24,000 nt of DNA from Zavarzinia aquatilis (GTDB taxonomy: Bacteria; Pseudomonadota; Alphaproteobacteria; Zavarziniales; Zavarziniaceae), in the NCBI RefSeq assembly GCF_003173035.1, contig NZ_QGLE01000003.1, forward strand, positions 44,731 through 68,730. The letters run 5' to 3'. Made by a program: the position numbers and the translations under genes. Positions 9,293-15,241 of the stretch are shown piece by piece. The notes under the pieces are model-generated. The model was not told the DNA's origin, did no database searches, and worked only from the letters and a program-made list of their open reading frames with translations. Position 1 is the first letter of the stretch, and each line of letters begins with the position of its first letter.

Positions 9293-10027
9293 TCAGCTCG
9301 CCTTCTTCATGTCGATGACGATGGCATTGGCCGCCAGCGCGGCCAGGATCAGCGAGGCGAAGAAGACGATGTCCTTCGCCTCGATGACGCCCGCGACGAT
9401 GCCGTTGAAATGGGTCAGGAAACTGAACGACGCGACGGTGTCGACGATCGCCTGCGGCGCCCAGCCCGAAAAGGCGTCGAGCACCATGGGCGCGCCCGAG
9501 ACCGTGAACAGGAAGCAGACGACGACCGTCAGCACGAAGGCGACCACCTGATTGCGCGTCGCCGCCGACAGGCAGGAGCCGATGGCGAGATAGGCCCCGG
9601 CCATCAGCAGCGAGCCGATATAGCCGGCGAGGATGACGCCATTATCGGGCTCGCCCAGGTAATTCACCGTGATCCACATCGGGAAGGTGAGGGCGAGGGC
9701 GATGGCGGTGAAGGCCCAGGCGGCGATGAACTTGCCCGCGATGGCCGCCCACAGCGGCACCGGCAGGGTCAGCAGCAATTCGATGGTGCCGCTTTTCCGC
9801 TCCTCGGCCCACAAGCGCATGGCGATGGCCGGGATCAGGAACAGATAGAGCCAGGGGTGGAAATCGAAGAAGGGCACCAGGTCGGCCTCGCCCCGCTCGA
9901 AGAAATTACCGACATAGAAGGTGAAGATGCCGGTCAGGAACAGGTAGACGATGATGAAGACATAGGCGAGCGGCGTGGCGAAATAGCCGGCCAGCTCGCG
10001 CCGCGCGATGGTACAGACGGACTTCAT
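9293..10027 (-). CDS. ABC-2 type transporter permease
   Basis: ATG at 10027-10025 ('MKSVCTIARRELAGYFATPLAYVFI') with a multi-TM hydrophobic profile. Its start overlaps the ATPase stop by 4 nt (ATGA). The upstream part of track ORF 9293..10390 is artefact. Confidence 0.85.
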   Translation of the reverse strand: MKSVCTIARRELAGYFATPLAYVFIIVYLFLTGIFTFYVGNFFERGEADLVPFFDFHPWLYLFLIPAIAMRLWAEERKSGTIELLLTLPVPLWAAIAGKFIAAWAFTAIALALTFPMWITVNYLGEPDNGVILAGYIGSLLMAGAYLAIGSCLSAATRNQVVAFVLTVVVCFLFTVSGAPMVLDAFSGWAPQAIVDTVASFSFLTHFNGIVAGVIEAKDIVFFASLILAALAANAIVIDMKKAS

Positions 10028-11052
10028 GGCCGGGCTCCGGTGCGGGCGGCGTCGCTGGTGGTCAGGTCGCGGAAGACGTCTTCCAGCTTGCCGTGTTCGA
10101 CCGCCATGGTCTCGATGGCGATGCCGGTCTGGCGCAGGCGCGCCGCCACCCCTTCGATGATGCTGGCGCCCTGCGCCGGCACGACGAGGAAATCGCGCCC
10201 CGGCGTGCCGCCCTCGGGCGTCGTCACCCGCGTCACCCCCGCCACGTCGGCCAGCCGCGCGCCGAGATCGGCGACGGTGGCGATCAGGCGCAGGCGCACC
10301 GCGTTGTGGAAGGGCGAGCGGGCGACCAGATCGGCCGGCTTGCCGTCGGCGACGACACGGCCCCGGTCGATGATCACCGCCCGGCTGCACACCGCCTCGA
10401 CCTCCTCGAGGATATGGGTGGAGACGACGATGGCCTTGTCCGGCGCCATGCGGCGGATCAGGTTGCGCACCTCGTGCTTCTGGTTGGGGTCGAGGCCGTC
10501 GGTCGGCTCGTCGAGAATCAGGCAGGGCGGATCGTGCAGGATCGCCCCGGCGAGGCCGACCCGGCGCTTGAAGCCCTTGGACAGGGTCTCGATCGGCTGG
10601 TCCAGCACGGCGGCGAGCTGAATCTCGTCGACCACCTGCGCCAGCCGCCCGGCCAGCGCCGCCCGCTCCAGCCCGCGCACCCGGCCGAGGAATTCGAGGA
10701 AGCTGCGGGGCGTCATGTCGCCATAAGCCGGCGCGCCTTCCGGCAGATAGCCCAGCGCCCGCTTGGCCGCGATGGCGTCGTTCTCGACGTCATGGCCGGC
10801 GATGGCGATGCGGCCCCGCGTCGGCGACAGGAAACCGGCCGCCATCTTCATGGTCGTGGACTTGCCGGCGCCATTCGGCCCGAGAAAGCCCAGAACCTCG
10901 CCCCGCCCGACCGCGAAGGAGACACCGTCGACGGCGGTGAAGGGCCCGAAGCGTTTCACCAGATCGACGATCTCGATCATCGGCGCGGCGGCATCCTCGA
11001 CGGCGCCAACCCTGGCATTCCGAACGGCGGGTTCATCCAACATGCGGCTCAT
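10024..11052 (-). CDS. ABC transporter ATP-binding protein
   Basis: Walker A 'GPNGAGKST', signature 'LSKGFKRRV' and Walker B 'CLILDEPTDGLD'. The start is uncertain: ATG at 11052, 11043 or 10980 ('MIEIVDLVKRFG'), none with a strong SD. Confidence 0.9.
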   Translation of the reverse strand: MSRMLDEPAVRNARVGAVEDAAAPMIEIVDLVKRFGPFTAVDGVSFAVGRGEVLGFLGPNGAGKSTTMKMAAGFLSPTRGRIAIAGHDVENDAIAAKRALGYLPEGAPAYGDMTPRSFLEFLGRVRGLERAALAGRLAQVVDEIQLAAVLDQPIETLSKGFKRRVGLAGAILHDPPCLILDEPTDGLDPNQKHEVRNLIRRMAPDKAIVVSTHILEEVEAVCSRAVIIDRGRVVADGKPADLVARSPFHNAVRLRLIATVADLGARLADVAGVTRVTTPEGGTPGRDFLVVPAQGASIIEGVAARLRQTGIAIETMAVEHGKLEDVFRDLTTSDAARTGARP

Positions 11053-11166
11053 CCAATTCGGGCATCCAGCGCGGGCAAACCCCGGCGGCGCAGGCTATGT
11101 GCCGGCACGGCGCGGATCAAGCGCGTTTCGGCGCGACAGCTTCGGAAGGGGAGGGGCATCGGGTGG

Positions 11167-11204
11167 TCCGCCGGACACGAGGGGGGGCTTTTGCGTCCGG
11201 CGGA
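11167..11204. other. Perfect 10-bp inverted repeat (stem-loop) upstream of the ABC operon
   Basis: 'tccgccggac' (11167-11176) and 'gtccggcgga' (11195-11204) are exact reverse complements separated by 18 nt. Confidence 0.4.
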
Positions 11205-11215
11205 ACCGACGGTCC

Positions 11216-11279
11216 GGACCGACCGAACATCAGGAAGGGGGCTGGGGGCTTGGGGGTCTTCCTGACATCCGGTCGGGCC
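11216..11279. other. Imperfect 22-nt inverted repeat enclosing a G5-run loop
   Basis: The arm 'ggaccgaccgaacatcaggaag' (11216-11237) pairs with 'cttcctgacatccggtcgggcc' (11258-11279) at 18/22 positions. The loop is 'gggggctgggggcttgggggt'. Confidence 0.35.
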
Positions 11280-11451
11280 ATCGTTGAGGACCAACGCTGA
11301 TGAAAATGCCCCCCCAATAGGGCCGCCGAAGGGCCGAATCTGGGCAAAAGCGTGGCGGGGGGAGGGAGGGGCTAAGGCAAATCGTCGTTCAGGTGAAAGC
11401 AGGATCATAGGGTCGGAAGGCATTTTAGTGTTTGGCGGGCAGATATTGAAT

Positions 11452-11498
11452 ATAGCGTCCCCAAAATTTCTCAAAATTTCTAGCGTCTCCAAAATTTC
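11452..11498 (+). repeat. Direct repeats at the left edge of the islet
   Basis: 'tagcgtccccaaaatttc' (11452-11469) and 'tagcgtctccaaaatttc' (11480-11497) match at 17/18. 'caaaatttct' is perfectly tandem at 11461-11470 and 11471-11480. This gives three CAAAATTTC units within 38 nt, about 330 nt upstream of the cassette. Confidence 0.6.
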
Positions 11499-11826
11499 CA
11501 GATTTATGATAGAGGCTGTATGATAGAAAAAATCCAAAACGGGAGGAAAATAAATTGCCCATCACCCGGCGGGGTGAAGACGCTGTATCATTTTGGATTT
11601 ATCTTTGTGGGAAGCGATCAATTATTGCGATAAAATCGCTTTTGATGATTTAAGATCAAAGTAATAAATTTGCATTTATATGCACGTTCTCCAGAATTAG
11701 TCGGAATTATGTTAAAATTTTCTATATAGTTTCTATAAATATTTATGTATCAATGAGTTACATCGAATGTAAGTGAAATCTGTTTCATACGAGTTGTTCG
11801 GAATCGAATCTCAGGAAGGCAATATA

Positions 11827-12384
11827 ATGAAGATATCAACAATTTATATAAAATGCCGCATGATTAAGGCGCTAAGAAAGATTAATGGTAAATGCATTTA
11901 TGCTATCGCCATTATATTAGTATTTTTTCCTTCAAGATTTTCAAAAGCGCAAGATGATGATATGTGTGATATTGTAAAAAATTTAGTATTTCAATTGCAA
12001 ACCGATCCGAGTGCGCTGCACGGAGAAGACGCAAAAAGAGATAATGAATTTATTGTTTCGATGCCGAGGGTAGTTCTTCCAAATGCGGAGGAATGTGAAA
12101 TCAGCACTAGTGATGACCGAGGAGGGTTGTATTACAGTTACGAATGCGCTTGGCCGCAAAATAAAGGGACGGACGAGGCGGATGCAAGGAAATTTGGCTA
12201 TGAACTTGCGAAATATATTTCAGAATGTTATGAGGTAAAGATTAATAATCAAGAAAAATCAGAGAGGGTGCGGTGGTGGGGTAATATACGTAGTAATGGT
12301 CAATCGACGAGATTCGAGGTAATTGTCCCATTGGGATTAAGATACAATAGGATTTCATTAAGATTCGGGGGGATTTCAGAATGA
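11827..12384 (+). CDS. Hypothetical exported protein (islet ORF A), 185 aa
   Basis: ATG at 11827 is preceded by 'AGGAAGG' (the track start at 11773 is a GTG with no SD). An alternative ATG lies at 11860. Sec-type signal 'MIKALRKINGKCIYAIAIILVFFPSRFSKA|QDDD'. Four Cys in the mature part. Its stop overlaps the ORF B start (ATGA at 12381-12384). No family recognised. Confidence 0.65.
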   Translation: MKISTIYIKCRMIKALRKINGKCIYAIAIILVFFPSRFSKAQDDDMCDIVKNLVFQLQTDPSALHGEDAKRDNEFIVSMPRVVLPNAEECEISTSDDRGGLYYSYECAWPQNKGTDEADARKFGYELAKYISECYEVKINNQEKSERVRWWGNIRSNGQSTRFEVIVPLGLRYNRISLRFGGISE

Positions 12385-13193
12385 GGGGTGATCGCCGTGA
12401 TTTTATCTTGTCTGTCTTGGGGGCTTATTGCGGCGGGTGCATCTGTGCTGTGCCGCGGGCGTTCGCGCAGTTCCCGCCAGCTCGCACCGATGGGCCAGAT
12501 CTTGGTCCTGAGTCCGATTTGAATCAATATTCATCGCGAGCCCGTCGTGCCTATCACGGTTGTGGCTTACGTTCGAATAGCGAGCTCCAAGCAACTTTTG
12601 GCGGATCTCAGTTCGGGAGTTCTACGGGGATTCCCGTGCTAGATGCTGGTCTGAATCGGGAACTTGATTACCTCAAGCGATTATTTCAAGTTAATCCGGG
12701 GGTTTTTACATACGCGGACAATAATGCTTTCGCGACTCCTGAGAAGATCATGGGGCACGATTATCCAGATGGAACGGTTGTTGTTGGAATCTCACTGATA
12801 TACGAGTTGTTTAGAAAATTCCAGGGGACCAGCTCAATCAGCATGGGAGATCATGCGCTGGTTGGTGTGCTGGCCCATGAATTTGGCCATATTGTTTTTT
12901 TCAAGAAGATGCAAAATTGGCTATCAGGGAAGCGTCCTGAGTTGCATGCTGATTTTCTCGCTGGTTGGTATACCGGGTGCCGTGCCTTAGATATTCCTGG
13001 GCAGGTCAATATCCAAGAAATATCTAAGCAGATGTTTGATATCGGGGACACGGACTTCAATAGTCCAAGTCACCATGGAACTCACGAAGAGCGGCTTGGG
13101 TTTTATACCTCTGGCTTAAGAATGGTTCTTCAAAATGGTCGGGTTCCCATTGATGCTGCATTTAGTGAAGCGAGTAGGATTTTAGGTTTGTAA
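12381..13193 (+). CDS. Tat-signal zinc metallopeptidase (gluzincin-type HExxH...ExxxD), islet ORF B, 270 aa
   Basis: Twin-arginine motif 'DRRDFIL', a hydrophobic stretch and 'AFA|Q' (aa 1-30). 'NAFATP' lies upstream of 'VLAHEFGHIVFF' (HEFGH at 12876-12890). 'ELHADFLAG' (12939-12965) begins 17 residues after the second His, comparable to thermolysin 'NEAISDIFG' and to the 'ELQAD' of YpfJ-type neutral metallopeptidases. Confidence 0.8.
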   Translation: MRGDRRDFILSVLGAYCGGCICAVPRAFAQFPPARTDGPDLGPESDLNQYSSRARRAYHGCGLRSNSELQATFGGSQFGSSTGIPVLDAGLNRELDYLKRLFQVNPGVFTYADNNAFATPEKIMGHDYPDGTVVVGISLIYELFRKFQGTSSISMGDHALVGVLAHEFGHIVFFKKMQNWLSGKRPELHADFLAGWYTGCRALDIPGQVNIQEISKQMFDIGDTDFNSPSHHGTHEERLGFYTSGLRMVLQNGRVPIDAAFSEASRILGL

Positions 13194-13240
13194 TTTAAAT
13201 GAAATTGTAGAAATGTTTGGTTAATGGAGGGGGGGGTAAA

Positions 13241-13615
13241 ATGTTCTTGAACAAATATATGATATTTTTTCTTAGTATAGTTCTTGAAGGTAATGCCGCT
13301 CTGGCTTATAATAGAAGTGAATTATTTATAACATGGTCTGGAGAAAACGATATCGGATGTTTTCTTATGAGCCCAAGAGGTCAGCAAACCTATCATGTGC
13401 CTAATAAAATGGAATCTACCGATAGAAAAATAGTTCTAATTGGGAATTCTGTGGAGCGCGGGGCATATACCATAAGTTGTGAGGTGATTGCTAAGCGAGA
13501 TTCGCGCCGCTTAAAATTCAAAGTATTTCTGCAGAATGGGAATGAAATTTTATTTACGTTTGATGGATTTACGGGAAATTCGGTTTCAGATTATTACAAA
13601 TTTGAAATTCCCTGA
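13241..13615 (+). CDS. Small hypothetical exported protein (islet ORF C), 124 aa
   Basis: ATG at 13241 is preceded by 'GGAGGGGGGGG' 4 nt upstream (the track start at 13217 is a TTG). Sec-type signal 'MFLNKYMIFFLSIVLEGNAALA|YN'. The mature ~102 aa have two Cys and alternating hydrophobic, beta-strand-like patterns ('KFKVFLQNGNEILFTFDGF'). No family recognised. Confidence 0.6.
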   Translation: MFLNKYMIFFLSIVLEGNAALAYNRSELFITWSGENDIGCFLMSPRGQQTYHVPNKMESTDRKIVLIGNSVERGAYTISCEVIAKRDSRRLKFKVFLQNGNEILFTFDGFTGNSVSDYYKFEIP

Positions 13616-13876
13616 ATCAAAATTTGATTTTGGAATTTAATTTTATTGGTACTATTTTTATGGATGATTTCGAGATTTTATTGAGCGTGGAATTGGTAAA
13701 AATTAATAGTTCTTGATAAAAAATATTCATGCCACCTAATTCTGTTGAATTTAATTTCAATGCTATATTGGCGCATTTGCCGAATTTCTCACCTCCTGTA
13801 TCAGGCAAGTGTGTACTGAAATGGCAATTGGCTGACGGTGCCGCATTTATGGGCAGGGCTTCAGGCCGCTTTCTGA

Positions 13877-13963
13877 GGCTTTGCTGACATTACCGAGATC
13901 GGCCGCCAATTCAAGCAAGCTGAGCTTGCGACGTGCTACTTTCTTCTCCGTGGTCATGCTCAT
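13877..13963 (-). pseudogene. Truncated transposase N-terminal (HTH) fragment, IS remnant
   Basis: 'M(S)MTTEKKVARRKLSLLELAADLGNVSKA' matches the conserved N-terminus ('RKLSLLELA..LGNVSKAC..') of a widespread transposase class, remembered as IS481/ISNCY-annotated (family uncertain). Similarity ends after about 27 aa and a stop follows at 13847. The DDE domain is absent. Confidence 0.55.
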
Positions 13964-14019
13964 CTCCGGTTGGGGGGATGTTGCTTGCAACTCCATCAAA
14001 CCCGTCCAGAGGCGGCATA

Positions 14020-14051
14020 GCCACACCGGCCCCGCGCGGGGCCGGTGTGGC
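14020..14051 (-). terminator. Perfect 14-bp GC hairpin downstream of the paraoxonase-like gene
   Basis: 'gccacaccggcccc' + 'gcgc' + 'ggggccggtgtggc', 41 nt after the minus-strand stop at 14093. No U-tract follows on either strand, so terminator function is not certain. Confidence 0.45.
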
Positions 14052-14092
14052 TCGAACTGTCGGGTCGTTACCCTCTCAGCACGCACAAAAGA

Positions 14093-15178
14093 TCACCGCC
14101 CCCGGCAATCCAGCACCTTCTCCTCGAACACCGACCCCACCAGGAACCGCTTCGGCCCCGCGTAAGTCGCGACCGAGGCGCCGGAGATCAGGTGGCCGGG
14201 GTCGGTGAGGATGGTCTCGACGTTAAGGCCATCGCCCTGGGGCGTGAGGCGGAGCACTTCCGAGGGGGAGAGTTTGGCGGGGTCGGCGGCGTGGGCGACG
14301 AAGTCGAGGAGGTGGGGGTGGCCGGCGACCCAGAGGGAGCCGTCGGGCGCCATGTCGATATTGTCGGCGCCGTTCGGCACCGGGGTCGAGGACAGCAGGG
14401 TGAGGCTGCCGCTGTCCCTGTCGCGGGCGTAAGTGCGAACGGCGAAACCCGTCGTCTCGGCGAGATAGAGCCGGCTGCCGTCGGGCGAGAGGCCGAGGCC
14501 ATTGGCGAAGCGGATGCCATCGGCCACCGGGCGGAAGCCCTTGCCGTCGAAATAGACCACATTGGCGCGCGGCAGCTGGAGGTAATTCTCGGCCATGAGG
14601 CCGAGCGTGGTGCGCGAGCCATGGTCGTTGCTGGCATAGAATTGTTCGGGGCCGACGGCGAGCACGTCGTTGGGCGAATTCATCTCGGCGCCGATCACCC
14701 CGCCCTTGTGGCTCAGCTTGCCGTCGGCGGCGACGTCGAACAATTCCACCCGGCTGATGCCGATGGCGTTCAGCCCGCCTTCGACATGATTGACGACGAA
14801 GAGGGTGCGGGCGCCGCTCGCCGGGTCGGTCCACAGGCTGATGCCATGGGGATGGAACGTCTCGGGCACCGGCGGCGTCACGTCGACCGGCACCGGGTTG
14901 GCGGCCGAGAGGTCGAGGAGGGCGATCCGCCCGCGCACCGGATTGCCGGCCATCAGGGCGCGGCGGTCGTCGATGGAGACGAAGGCCTGATGGCGGGACA
15001 GGTCGGCGACGATATCCTCCGCCCCGACGACGCCGGTGATCGCCGTGCATTGCACGTCGCCCGTCGCCTCGATGGCGCGGAACTGGCCCGCCTTGTCCAT
15101 CAGCAGGGCGGCGCCCCCGGCGCAGAGGGCGAAGACGGCGACGCCCGTCACGATCAGGCGCTTGCCCCAGCTGTTCAT
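14093..15178 (-). CDS. Paraoxonase/arylesterase-like (PON family) six-bladed beta-propeller hydrolase, probable lactonase
   Basis: By-eye alignment to mammalian PON1 as remembered: 'FHPHGISLW' vs 'FNPHGISTF', 'NDVLAVGPEQFYASNDH' vs 'NDIVAVGPEHFYGTNDH', 'FANGLGLSPDG' vs 'FANGINISPDG', 'SLWVAGHP' vs 'DLWVGCHP', 'SEVLRL' vs 'SEVLRI', and 'GSVFEEKVLDC' vs 'GTVFHKALYC'. N-terminal signal or anchor 'KRLIVTGVAVFALCAGGAALL'. SD 'GAGGAGAGAGAG' precedes the ATG at 15178. Confidence 0.8.
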   Translation of the reverse strand: MNSWGKRLIVTGVAVFALCAGGAALLMDKAGQFRAIEATGDVQCTAITGVVGAEDIVADLSRHQAFVSIDDRRALMAGNPVRGRIALLDLSAANPVPVDVTPPVPETFHPHGISLWTDPASGARTLFVVNHVEGGLNAIGISRVELFDVAADGKLSHKGGVIGAEMNSPNDVLAVGPEQFYASNDHGSRTTLGLMAENYLQLPRANVVYFDGKGFRPVADGIRFANGLGLSPDGSRLYLAETTGFAVRTYARDRDSGSLTLLSSTPVPNGADNIDMAPDGSLWVAGHPHLLDFVAHAADPAKLSPSEVLRLTPQGDGLNVETILTDPGHLISGASVATYAGPKRFLVGSVFEEKVLDCRGR

Positions 15179-15210
15179 CTCTCTCTCCTCAGGTATTGTT
15201 TCGTTATGTC

Positions 15211-15230
15211 CCCGGGGTCTTCGCCCCGGG
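15211..15230 (-). terminator. Short GC hairpin between the ABCB exporter stop and the PON-like gene start
   Basis: 'cccgggg' + 'tcttcg' + 'ccccggg' forms a 7-bp stem. There is no U-tract, so it may only attenuate read-through. Confidence 0.3.
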
Positions 15231-15241
15231 TTGATCTGATC

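Larger units (their letters stand above)
11400..14010. other. Low-GC horizontally acquired islet (approximate borders)
   Basis: Abrupt compositional switch. Hand counts: 16/60 G+C at 11641-11700 and 20/60 at 13261-13320, against 43/60 at 10021-10080. AT-rich codon usage throughout. A transposase fragment sits at the right edge. No tRNA or flanking direct repeat was found. Confidence 0.7.

Noticed and set aside
11238-11257. G-quadruplex from the GGGGG runs
   Set aside because: There are only three consecutive G5 tracts. A fourth tract is tens of nt away, and the tracts lie in the loop of a competing hairpin.
11050-11460. tRNA, tmRNA or att site at the islet's left border, and a matching direct repeat or IS inverted repeat at the right border (13810-14020)
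   Set aside because: No cloverleaf or GGTTCGA-type T-arm was found by eye. Only weak similarity was seen ('gtttggcgggc' vs 'gtttgatggag'). This is insufficient to call boundaries.
11049-11537. 162-aa minus-strand ORF crossing the GC-rich/AT-rich boundary
   Set aside because: It has no SD and a chimeric composition, Pro/Ala/Arg-rich in one half and AT-codon-rich in the other. It spans hairpins and direct repeats, so it is most likely non-coding.
11640-11826. Sigma-70 promoter calls upstream of ORF A (for example TTGATG-N17-TAAATT around 11643-11671 and TTGCAT-N17-AGAATT near 11671-11699)
   Set aside because: In ~27% GC DNA such hexamer matches occur by chance at high density. No particular one can be supported without TSS data.
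13617-13808. 63-aa minus-strand ORF in the AT-rich spacer after ORF C
   Set aside because: It is low-complexity and Lys/Ile/Asn/Ser-rich with no SD. Such open frames arise by chance in AT-rich DNA only through the lack of in-frame stops over a short span. No supporting signal.
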